A DNA stretch of 64,000 nt, from contig NC_087436.1 of assembly GCF_036321535.1 (NCBI RefSeq), positions 96,908,001-96,972,000 of the forward strand, written 5' to 3'. A program made the position numbers and the translations under genes. Below, piece by piece: positions 1 to 11,979 of this stretch (the stretch's first letter is position 1; the number at the start of each line of letters is the position of its first letter). Under the pieces are notes generated by a model. The model had not been told where the DNA came from. It did no database searches and was given only the letters and a program-made list of their open reading frames with translations. The stretch is from Camelus dromedarius. Taxonomy: Eukaryota.

Positions 1-1301
1 TAGTATAGACACTCAGAGTAGGTATAAGGGAGTTGTCAGAGTTTAGAACAAACTAAAAAGTCTTAAAAGTTTCCTTAAGTCTTTGAAGAAGGTCATATTT
101 GAGATTATCATAATGAGAGAAATTCAACATACTTCCCATGCCCCATATTATGATCCTTCAGTTAGATAGAGAGCAATGGTCTAGTCATTAACATTCATAA
201 TTTTTAAAGAATTACTTCACATGCATTCATTTAATAAACATTTAATGAATGCCAAGTACCATGCTAAATGTTGAAGATGTCATTTTGGAATTTAACTTGG
301 CAGGAGCTTCATGATTTGTCATTACAGAGGGAAAAAATGAATCCCTCCAAGATAATTGAATTTAAAGCATAGAAAACTCATCTGTGATTTTTGTCATACA
401 GATGACAGTTCCTAAAGATCAAATTGAATTCTCTACTATTTACTACTCACTGTGCCTACATAATATTTCTCCCCAAACCTCATGGTTATGTAAGTAGGAT
501 ATTTAAGCTTTTAGGTCTTTATAGACTCCTGAACTTTATAGACTTTCTTCCCTAAGAGATTTCATGTTTCCACTGTCACTTCTTCTAGACAAATAAGATC
601 CTGAGTTGACTGGCTTTTTTGACAGGTGGGGAGAAATTTGCTCTCTGGGTCTGGGTAGAAACAGGTAAAGGAGAACAGAGAGGAAATCTTCTAGGTTCTA
701 AATGGTTCCAGATGTCAAGAAAAGGATGGTATGATCTTCCATAAAATACACAGAGTTGACATAAACCAAAGAACTGGTCCAGCAGGAGACCCCAGGACAG
801 GTCTGGCCTCGGCAGTAGTTTTTAGGTTTTCAGGAACTTATGATAGTCTCTTTTCATTATTTATTCCTGTTTTGCCTTATGAAAGTCAATTCTAGTTTCA
901 ACTGGGCTGTGGAAGTTGGAGATGAGAAAATGCCCATATACTGATTTTCTATCCTAGACACCAGGTGGAGGCAGCATGGTAGCATGGTTGAAGAGCAGAG
1001 AGGCCATCTCATCAGCCTCATTAGAAGCTGAGGTTAGGCCACTGCAGCAAGTTTTGTAGAATGGAGTGAAGTGATGTGAGGAAACTTCATTCTGAACACA
1101 GTTGAGGCCCTGGTCAAGGCCTCTTGTTAAAATGGTCAGGAGGTACGTTGGGGGTTGGGTTATCTTAAATCTAGCTCATTTGGCTTAGCCATTATAATTC
1201 TGAAGTAAAATTAAGTGCTGTGATAGTTTGTAGTACCAGGTTAAAGTCCTGGGATATATGATTCCTCAGATAATTTCTACTTGTTTTACTTGGTAAGTTT
1301 T

Positions 1302-1378
1302 TGCACAGCACAACTGTAGAAGGTGCCATTTACATTGTAGCTTGTTCAAATGGTGCCCTCTGGAGTTGTGCAGAGTAC
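1302..1378. mobile_element. Palindromic MITE remnant, MER91-like (hAT-Tip100)
   Basis: The arms CACAACTGTAGAAGGTGCCATTT and AAATGGTGCCCTCTGGAGTTGTG are imperfect reverse complements around a short loop. The motif resembles MER91. Confidence 0.6.
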
Positions 1379-2806
1379 TCTCTGCGTAGATCTATTCAGT
1401 GACCTTGTCAAGTAGCAGTGTTTGGTTTCTAGCTTCATGTGCATCCATTCTTTATGTGCAGGAGTTAATTTAATGCATGATATATCTTATTTTTAATGTT
1501 CTTGGGAACCATCTCTATTCTGTTGCTTAATTTCCTATTCTACTATTGACAATCTGTCTTCACAGCCATACAGAGCTGTTACAAACACAAATCACTTATT
1601 TTAAAAAGCATCATTGACATATGCAATTCAAATTAAGTCTCCATTTTGCCAGTGTTTTTATTTCATGGGAAATTTGATTTCTATTTCTATTTTCCATTTT
1701 CTATCCTTCATCATCTTCTGATAGCACTGAAGTGCCTAAAGAAGTAGGCAAAAGTTTTGTTCCAACTTTACTTGCTGATTATAAAGAAAATAGTTAAGCC
1801 CTATACATTTCACAGTTTTGCAGAAGGGCTAATAGTTTATCAAGTCTGAAAATTTGTCACCAGAATGTTGGAACTGTCTTGGGGAACCTACCTTCATTCA
1901 AATTGGAAATATACTATTTTATACTAATATATGCTATATACTTAGAATTAGACGTTTCTTTTTTTTACTTCTTACTAGTGAATGTGGTTGGTTTTATGAT
2001 TTAAATTTTCTTTGGAAATGTGGTTAAATATTTGCATGGAATATAAGAGTTTGTTCTGCTGGGGATTTTTATTAACTTGTTTTGGTACTAAGTAGCATGG
2101 TGAATTTTTGGATGTGTGTGATTTTTATGTCCCTCTTTTAAGGCTAATGATATTTTCTATCTTCTGAATTTGGTAGAGGAAGCTGGTAATTAAGAATTCA
2201 ATTTTGGATTTTCTTTTGCCAAAACTTCCTTTAACTTAAACCTATGGAATTTTTAATTTAACTCTCCCCCTCCCTTATGCCCCTTCCCAGCCCTTCCTGT
2301 TTCCCTGGTTTATCTTAGCACATTTAAGCCAGTAACTATACATGTTCGTGATTTAAACATTCTACCCAAGTGCTGTTCAAATGGAAGCTGGGTGTTGTTT
2401 GTATCTTTCGCCTTGTCAAGGTAGCTTCCAGATGATTGCTCTCTTGACTTTCTCTTCCTTTAGCATTTGCTTTTTTCTTTAATTTACAATTGTTTTGACC
2501 TTTTCAAAGTCTAATTCACTTTTTTTTACTTTGCTGTAAAAAAAAGTAAATAATTCTGCCTTGCGCTTTGAACTGCTTTTAATTGTACCTTTTGGCTTTT
2601 TGCCATTCATGTTTTTTCAATCCTCCCCAACTCCAATTGCTTTTTTAAAAAATGCTTAATAACCTAGATATTGATAATCATCAAAGCTCCATCTAGTTAT
2701 TATTTTGCCCATTTCTGTCTGCTTTTGTCACATTCTAATTCTAAAGCATGTTTTGGAATCACTTTAGAATTTAGAGTCTACTTATTTTCATTCACTTTAC
2801 ATACTT

Positions 2807-3737
2807 TTTTTTTTCATTTTCTTTTTTCTTTTATTATGCTAAGAATAATTAACAGAAGATCCACTCTCATGACAAAATTTTAAGTGTACAATACATTATT
2901 GTTGATTATGGGTACAATGTTGTGCAACAAATCTATAGAGTTTGTTTATCTTGCTTGACTGCAACTCTATGCCTATTGATTAATAACTCCCCGTTCTTCC
3001 CTCCTCTCGTCCCTGCGGGGCCAACATCCTACTCTTTGGTTCTATAAATTTGACTTTTGATATGCCTCAGTGGAATCATGCAGTATCTGTTTTTCTGCGG
3101 CTGGCTTACTTCATATAAAATAAAGTTCTCACAATTCATCTGTGTTATTACATATTGCAGGATTTCTTTCTTTTTCCTTATTCCACACTTTTAAAATATG
3201 TATTTCCTTCATAGTATTCCATTGTACGCACATACCACATTTTCTTTATCCCTTCGTCTGTCAATGGAAATTTAGGATGTTTCCACATCTTGACTAATAG
3301 AATGATGCTGCAGTGAGCATAAGCGTACCCATATCTTTTCAAGATCCTGATTTCAATTCTTTTACATAAACATCCACAAATGGATTTTCTGGATCATATA
3401 TTGTTCTATTTTTAAGTTTCAAGGAACCTCCATACTATTTTCCATAGTGGCTGCACCATTTTCAATTCCTACCAACAGTATAAAACAAAAAGAAAAAAAT
3501 ACCTAGGAATAAATTTAATTAAGGAGGTGAAAAGCTTGTATACTGAAAGCTGAAAACAGTGATGAAAGAAATTAAACAAGACACAAACAAATGGAAAGAT
3601 GTCCATGTCCGTGGATTAGAAGACTTAATATTGTTAAAATGTCCATAGTACCCAAAGGCACGTACAGATACAATGCAATCCTTATCAAAATCCCAGTGGC
3701 ATTTTTTTTTTCACAGAAAGAGAAGAAACAATTCAAC
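2807..3737 (-). mobile_element. 5'-truncated L1 with 5' inversion (twin-priming structure)
   Basis: Poly-T at about 2805-2835, then L1 3'UTR and ORF2 end on the minus strand to about 3480, then a plus-strand ORF2 segment at 3481-3735 ([30 protein letters not shown]). Degenerate TSD: CACTTTACATACTT (2793-2806) and CAGTTTATATTCTT (3738-3751). Confidence 0.85.
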
Positions 3738-6021
3738 CAGTTTATATTCTTAAACGATCTGCATTCATCTGAAAATTAATGATATAACTTTACCAGTGAC
3801 AAAACTATATAATGAAAATAAAAGTGCCTTGCCATTTATTCTGGTAAATCACCTACCATAGGCAGCTATAAGTCATGTTGTTCAAATGAGCTATTGCTTT
3901 TCTTTCTGTTGAAAATTGTAGAGGCTTTCTCTCATGTGCAATTGAAAGAGGATTGTGTTCCTCCTGATCCTACATTCCAGATTGTTCTGTCATTATTAGA
4001 AAAGATTAAAACCTCTTGATAATGCATTTTTCAATAACATGAATTCATAATATAACACAATGGGCAATTGATAATTTGATTATCTACTTTCTTTAAAATT
4101 GAAATAACAGAACCTTCTGTTTTATGTGAATAAAATGGTTTGGACGCCACCACTAATGTTAAGTTAGTGTCTTTAATTATAGAACAACTAACTTATATGT
4201 GTGCATTTAAAAGAATCATTCTAGTTTCTTAGAGTGTCAGACTAATTATGATAAACATGTAACATAAATTGTACATAAGATGAAAAAATAAAAATATACT
4301 ACAGGTCAACTTATCAGTCCTTTTTTTTTAATTTTACATTTTACTCTAGTCATTTACTATATTTAAAAGGAAGATGTTTTTAAAATATCAAATGATTTTT
4401 TTTTTTCTCTTACTGACATGTTAGTCTCATAATCATCACCTCCTCCCACCCTACCCCCCATTCATCAAATACATTGACTGCTTCAGGTAAATGTTGGCTC
4501 CTGCCCAGAACAAGGTTATCATTAATTTAGAGTCTGAAAGCTGACCTTGTTGTGTCTCTAGGGAAACGATACTTATGAAAGTCATACTTATTAAAAAAGA
4601 ATTCTTTAAAATTCTAATTTTCCCTTAAATACATCAATTCAAACCAGGTTGACTTAAGTCATAGAATCTCACTGTAAGTGAAGTTACGACAAGGACAGTC
4701 TTGATTTCTGCCTCTTGTTCAGTTTTCTAGGTTTTTGGTCAAGTTTAGTTAGTGTATGTCCTTCTCCCTTTTATTTTCAAAAAGTGTCCCAGTTTTGAGG
4801 CTAGTTTCTATATTCACCTTAACCATAAATGTGGATAAGGAGAAGATTGTAAAAGTTCCTATGAAACATAAATGGAAATTGAAAGCTCTTCTACTCTTGA
4901 AGAGGAAAAAATAGGGCAGAAGAACAAGAGGTCAGATGTGGGTGTCCCTAGTCACCTCCTCTCCTGGTGGTAAACATATCGAAATAGGTTGAATGAAGCA
5001 AACTAATGCATGTGTGTTTTGGGGTGAGAGAGGTTTTAATGTGCTCTTTCCTTCTTTTCCATATAATGGGAAAGTTGGTAAACCTTTGGAAAGCTTATGT
5101 GGTCAGCATATTGCCACATTCCACGTGGTTCCCTCTATTATATTCAAAGTGGCTGAGAGAGTAGCCCAGATTTCCTACAATCTGTACATGGTGTAACACA
5201 GGAACTCCTAAATTCTCATGCACCTGCTGGTACACTAAGAAGTGATAACATAAACCATTGAGCAACAGTAGGTTTCTAATCAGAACATAGAAGTCTCAGA
5301 GACTAAATGAGGGATGACAGGCTTTATCAATAAGTGACCAGTTACTGGACCACACAAGAGACTCAGTTATGGACTCAAGATTCTTCCCTACCACCTTGAA
5401 AATACAGATCTCTGGCATCCAACAACATTTGGAGAAGGGCAAAAGGAGAAACTTCATAAAAGGAGAGATAGCACTAACAGAGAATTTGGTCTTTGATCAG
5501 ACTAATGACATTTCAATGTTCTTTTGAGCTTTTTTCTCTACTCTATATCTTTATAATACGTCTAAACATAAAGGCACACACATCATTTCTTAATATAAGT
5601 ATATTTGGTTTAAAAATGTAAACATGAAATGTTTGTGGTGTAAGAGATTGTAGGAAATATCTATGCCAATTTACATTCTTTACTATGCATGGAGCTTTTG
5701 AAGATGATCTGGAAGTTAAATGGAATGTCAAATTTCACATGATTGGTGAACAAACACATAAACAATGAAACTAGTACTTTATTAAAGACCATTCAATAAC
5801 CAGATCAGTGTTTTTTTCCCACACAAATGCGTTAATTAAAATCATTTATTTTTTCACCATTGCAGATATAGAACTCATTGCTTCACTGTTTTATTTACCT
5901 AAAAAGTACTTAATCCTATTGTGAGTCAGGATTACTATGAGTAATTTGGGTGGAAAGATGAATAAGGTATACTCCCTACTATCAAGAGTTTACAATTTAT
6001 TGTAAGAGTAAAAAATGTAAA

Positions 6022-6065
<44 letters not shown>
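6022..6065. repeat. (CT)n(GT)n microsatellite
   Basis: Direct reading of a CT run followed by a short GT run. Confidence 0.95.
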
Positions 6066-7077
6066 ATCTTACATTATGTCATACAAGAAAGGGAGAAAAT
6101 CCATGCATAAATGGTTGAGTCCAAAATTGTTTATCTGTGTATTACAGATTGTAGCATAATTGGGATGTCCCAAACTCTGCCAATTGTTGAATACAATCCT
6201 ATAGATTCTAAATTTCTATTTCACTAAAAGAAGAACCCTCCATTTCTGGGTATTCCTCTTTCCAAATATGCCTGATAATCCTCAGTGATCCTAAGGTAAA
6301 TAAACTGAAAAAAGATCCTTTGAGCTATTCTGGTTGGGGGTCCTAGGTATAACAGTTTTTCCTCGTGGAATTTCTGGGTCCAAGTGGGGACATTGAGATG
6401 TCATGTATAATCAGAGCTGCCTCTTGCTGCATTGCTGTCCCTTCCTCCTGTTATCTTTTTCTGTTTGCTCCAGACTGTCAAAGCATTGACCAGCCTGTTG
6501 CAATCTCCCTCAGAGATCTAACTGCTAAGCCATTGTTTCCAGTTGCCCAGTGCTCTGCTTTCTCTCCAGTAAAGAGGCCTTCCTGTTTGGTGTCTAGCTT
6601 TTTATAAGCAAGATCCTTATTTTATATTAGAATTGTATATTTGTTCATTCATTCAAGTAACAAATCTTAAGCAACTATTATATGATAGGTATCCTCCATC
6701 TTAACAAGAGGGTGTAGAGCAAGTTCAAGGCATTTGGGTGACCAAGAACTGTTCTCCATTTGCATGCACACAGGCTGCTGCACAGATGCACCTATCACCT
6801 TATCTGTGAAGATTCTTCTCTGTATTTACTCCTATATTCTATAGAGTAGGAAATATTAAAATCCCCACTCAGAATGGGATCAGAAAAGTCTTTTTTTCTT
6901 CCAGTTCTTACATAGTGCTGGGAACGTAGTAGATTCAAAGTATCTATTGAAGAAAATGATCCATGCAGTAAGTCAGCCATGTTTTTTTTTTTTTTTTTTT
7001 TCAAAAGCCAATTTTCATTCTTCATGTTGGCTCAGATCCTGGTGAAGGCATGATGTGAATCAGTCAACTCCAAAATT

Positions 7078-7091
7078 GTGTATATATATAA

Positions 7092-7133
<42 letters not shown>

Positions 7134-7158
7134 CTGTGTGTCTGTGTGTGTGTGTATG
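7078..7158. repeat. Compound (TA)n(TG)n microsatellite
   Basis: Direct reading. It accounts for the HTHT/YIYI pseudo-ORFs in the ORF track. Confidence 0.95.
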
Positions 7159-7496
7159 TAAATAGATATATTTGTGACAGAAAATAACATATATACACAC
7201 ACACACGCATATATATCAACCAATACCATGCCTTTATATATATTATGGATAAATGTTCAAAGTATTTCCAAATGATCTTCTGGGGGCCCCAAAATTCAGA
7301 AATATTCTTGTAAATTAAGAATTTCTCTACATCTGTGTTTACAATTAGAAAATCTCTCTTCCTAGAGAAAGTAGAGTACATCCAGGTAGAGGATAAGAGA
7401 TTGAATTATTTTATTATGCACCAGGCTTTTACAATCTAAATGTATTTATGGTTAAAATAGACTGTTTTCTATGAAATACACATAGAATAATTTTAT

Positions 7497-7848
7497 AGAG
7501 GACCACAATCACTTCATTAATACCCCCGAAATTAAATGTTATTCAGAATTTAGAAATTTTAAGTTCGGAATAGATAATAAGGTTCTCACTCATAAATTCC
7601 ATTGCACCTTCTGAAGGGCCTAGGGCAGCAATGACAAATTCAAACCCAGGAATAGTTTTTGGCAGTAAAATGCATGGACTTATTCTCACTAAGTGGGAAA
7701 TAAAGAATATAAACTGACTTATGGTGGTTCCAATTAGGCTTTGTTGCTAAAAGGATAAAGGACAAATTAGATTTTCTTACCAAGTGAATTTTCTTTGGTT
7801 TCAGAATTAGTTGGATTCTGGAAAGGCAGATAAGGGATTGTGGACCTA
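7497..7848. mobile_element. Non-autonomous TcMar/Tigger-like DNA transposon, about 350 bp
   Basis: Terminal inverted repeats AGAGGACCACAATCACTT (from 7497) and AAGGGATTGTGGACCTA (to 7848). Subfamily not assigned. Confidence 0.6.
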
Positions 7849-8059
7849 TGTTGCTTTATCTACTAATCTCCTAAGATAATTGAGAATTGTTAAAACTCCA
7901 TCCTGACCTCCAGACTAAGATCAGATACAGATACCTTTGGCCAGCCTGGGTAATATTGGTAGTAGTTTCCAAATATATTTAGATTTGAAAGGACAGCTGA
8001 GTATATTATACAAATATTTCTTCTTAGCTTAATAGCTAAGACTCTACATTGTCTCATTG

Positions 8060-8400
8060 TCTCCGTTACTTTCATACCATTAACTGTTTCTTCACATTCT
8101 CCTTGGTAGTTGCCTCATTTCTCTGACTGTTGAATTGAAGAGCTGCAATGCTTCGGTATGTCTCTTCATGAATGCACCCACTCCATTGATCTAGTCTCAG
8201 GGCTTTAAAGCCATATAAATGCTTTCTAATTTATTTTACATCTGACACTTCTTCTCTAAGCTCTAGACTCATTAAAACCACTGTCTCTAAATTTCTCCAC
8301 TTGAATGACCAATGAGTATCTTCAAACAAAATACATATAAAATGAAATTTCTTATTATAATACAAAACCCATTCCTCCTTGTGGTCTGCCGTTAAGTGTT
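8060..8400 (+). mobile_element. L2 LINE relic
   Basis: Degenerate L2 motifs such as 'ctctaagctctagactcat...ctccacttgaatgaccaat...cttcaaac'. Confidence 0.55.
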
Positions 8401-8688
8401 CATACTTGTGGCAGGAACAAATAGTTGATTCATTCTCTTAGCTACCATATTATTTGTACATCTATACCAGCATTTATTATCTTATACCATAATTTGTTTA
8501 CATATTTCCCCTAGTAGATTCTATGCTTCTTGAAGGCAGATAGCATGACTTGTAAAGCTGGAGTTTAATTTTGTTTGACATTAGTTGAGATGTATTGATT
8601 ATTAAGCCATAATTTTTAACAGTGACATGCTCTAACACCTCTGCTGCCAAGATTAGAGGATTTGTAGCCATACAAAATAATGATCCTA

Positions 8689-11410
8689 AGAACAAGATCA
8701 AGGTGGTGGAGTTGGAGGATGTGGAGCTCACCTACACCAAAAACACATAAAAAATACATCTACTTGTGGAGCAATTCTCAGTGAAAATGACCTGGAGACT
8801 GACAGAAAGACTTCTGTACAACCAAGGCTATAAGAAAGATCCAATTTATTGTGAGGGTAGGAAGGGAAGTGTAGGAAGGGAAGAGAAGCAATCAGGTCAG
8901 GACTTGTGCCCCTAGGAAGGTATTCAAAACAAGAGGGGATATACACAGATGGAGATCCTCCTTGGGGAGTGAGTGGTTCAAGCCACATATTGGATGCCCC
9001 AGCCCTGGGGTCTGATATATGGAAGACAAGTCCCCTTGGCTGGTTGGAGGGCCTTTGGGACAAACAGGAGCATGCTTACTCCTGAAACAGGGCAGAGAAG
9101 GTGGATTGAAATAGCACAGGAAGCTGGCCAGTTTCTCATGATGACTCCACCATGTGCTCCAGCCTGAACTGAGTGCCCATTCCTGCCCCATTTACTTCAT
9201 GACACAGCTTCACACTGGGGCAAGGGTTGCTGCAACCAAGGGGAGATTTTAGTTGAGAGGGACAAAGGTGATTAAACCTAGAGCTCGGACTCAAACCTCA
9301 GGGTCTCTACTCAAGAAACTTGGGACATGACCCTACCCCAAATAAGGCGGTGCTGGCTACTGAGCAGAAGAGAATCCCCAGCTCACACCTGGGTCTGGAA
9401 CTAGACCTTCTATGTCCAGCTCCCCTCCTACCAAGGTGATAGCTTCCAGCACACCCAAGGGAAAGACATGACTCATGCTCAGATCAGATCCAGCTCTCTC
9501 ATCATGCCATTGGGCACACACAGACCATATAGGGATACTCTCACACAAGGACAACTTTCAAGACCACAGTAGGTAACAATTTCACAGAGACAGAGAAAGG
9601 CAAACAAGATGATTAGGCAGAGGAATTTGTTTCAATCTAAAGAAGAAGGAGAAAACCCCTGAAAAAACAACCAGTAAAACAGAAGTAAATAATTTAGCAG
9701 ATAAAGAGAAGGCAAACAAGATGATTAGGCAGAGGAATTTGTTTCAATCTAAAGAAGAAGGAGAAAACCCCTGAAAAAACAACCAGTAAAACAGAAGTAA
9801 ATAATTTAGCAGATAAAGAGTTCAAAGCATTAGTAATAAAAATGCTAACAGAATTAGGGGATCATAAAGGGCCCAGAATTGCCAAAGCAATCTTGAGAGA
9901 AAAGAACAAAGTTGGCCGTATCACACTCCCTGACTTCAGATTGTACTACAAAGCTATAGTAGTCAGAACAGCATGGCACTGGCACAAAAATAGACACATA
10001 GATAAATAAAACAGAATGGAGAGCCCAGAAATAAACCTTCACCTTAATGTCAATTAATATATGACAAAGGAGGCAAGAATATACAAAAGGGAAAAGAAAA
10101 TCTCTTCAATAAGTGGGAAAACTGGACAGCTAAATGTAAAAGAATGAAATTAGAACATTCTCTAACACCATATACAAAAATAAGCTAAAAATGGATTAAT
10201 GACATAAATGTAAAACCAGATAATATAAAATTTCTAGAGGAAGACATAGGCAGAACACTCTGCCATAAATTGCAGCAATATTTTTGGATCTCTCTCCTAA
10301 AGCAAAGGAAACAAAAGCAAAAGTAAACAAATGTGACCCAATTAAACTTAAAAGCTTCTACACAGAAAAGGAAACCATGAACAAAACAAAGAAAATCTAC
10401 TGAATTGGAGAAAATATTTGCAGTAATATGACCAATAATGGGTTGATACCCAAAAAACATAAGCGGTTCATACAACTCAGTATCAAAATACAATCAACCT
10501 GATTAAAAAGTGGACAAAGGACCTGAATAGACATTTTTCCAAAGAAGATATATAGATGGCCAACAAACTCTTGAAAGATGCTCAACATTGCTAACCATCA
10601 GAGAAATGCAAATCAACCCCACAATGAGATATTACTTCATGCCTGTCAGAATGACTATCATCAGAAAGTCTACAGATAACAAATGTGCTGGCTAGAATGT
10701 GACAAAAGGAAACTCCAGTACACTCTTGGTGGAAATGCAAATTGATGCAGCCATTATGGAAAACAATATGGAGGGTCCTTAAAAAAAATAAAAGCAGAAC
10801 CATCATATGATCCAGACATTTCACTCCTGCATATATATCCAAAGAAAAAATAAACAGTAATCTGAAAAGATACATACACCCCAATGTTTATAGCAGCATT
10901 ATTTACAATAGCCAAGCTGTGGAAGCAATTTAAGTGTCCATCAACAAATGAATGAATAAAGAGGTATATACATATGATAGAATATTACTCAGCCATAAAA
11001 AGAATGAAACTCTGTCATTTGCCACAATGTGGATGAACCTGGAGGTATTATGCTTAATAAAGTAAGTCAGACAGAGAAAGATACTCTGTGTTATCACGTA
11101 TTTGGAATCTAAAAGATAAAACAAATGATAAATATAATAAAACAGAAAAAGACTCACACATACAGAGTATGAAGTAGTGGTTACCAGTGGGGAGAGCAAA
11201 GTGGGGAAGGGTAAGAACAGGGTAAATGATTAAGAGATATAAAGTACTATGTATAAAATAAATAAGAAACAAGGATATATTGTATAGCACAGGGAAGTAT
11301 AGCCATTATTTTTAATAAATTTAAATAGAGTATAATCTATAAAAATATTGAATCACTATTTTGTACAACTGAAACATACAATATTATAAATAAATTATAC
11401 TTTAATGGAG
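8689..11410 (+). mobile_element. L1 LINE with 5'UTR, ORF1 start, large internal deletion, ORF2 C-terminal part and 3'UTR
   Basis: L1-type 5' end (AAGATCAAGGTGGTGGAG...GGAGCTCACC). ORF1 N-terminal sequence at about 9590-9860 is joined directly to late ORF2 (GCCAAAGCAATCTTGAG). Artiodactyl-type 3'UTR runs to about 11406. Degenerate TSD: AAAATAATGATCCTA (8674-8688) and AAATTGATGATCTTA (11411-11425). Confidence 0.9.
9597..9820 (+). repeat. Perfect 112-bp tandem duplication inside L1 ORF1
   Basis: 9597-9708 and 9709-9820 read identically (AAGGCAAACAAGATG...GCAGATAAAGAG). Confidence 0.95.
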
Positions 11411-11979
11411 AAATTGATGATCTTATATATATTAGTATTTTCCATATATAATATGTATCATATATGATCATGTATACCAAGATCATTAGACATTATGTAT
11501 AGTAAAATTATTTTATTTATTTATTAAACATGCCATCATTAAAACAATATTCTTGCTTAGAGTTTCTCTGATACTTGATTTTATTATACCTAGCAATGAG
11601 ATTTTTGGGGAGAATCTAATCCTTTCCTTAAACATCTTTGGGGACTTGTCGTTGTCTACCAAAAACAACATAGGAGTTTTGAAGACCAAATAGGCTGAAG
11701 TTGGTTTGCAACACCTTACTTTTATATTTTATGTATAAAACAAAATAATGTTAAATTGGCTTGTTATCTGCAGTTCATTCTCAATCTATCATCACATTTT
11801 TTTGGTGGGTGGGAACGAGGAGGAATATTTTCACAAGCTTACTTAAATAGCTTCTAATTTTTGAAAGAGATTTAGTTTTCTAAGCTATATTAAAATTTTT
11901 AAATGTCAAAAATATTTTTAAATTAATAGCAAAGTATGCATGAAATATATTTGTGGCATGCAACTAGTGAGTGGTAAGC

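Noticed and set aside
6795..7381. ORFs with KKKK, HTHT and YIYI runs
   Set aside because: They are translations of a poly-T tract and microsatellites.
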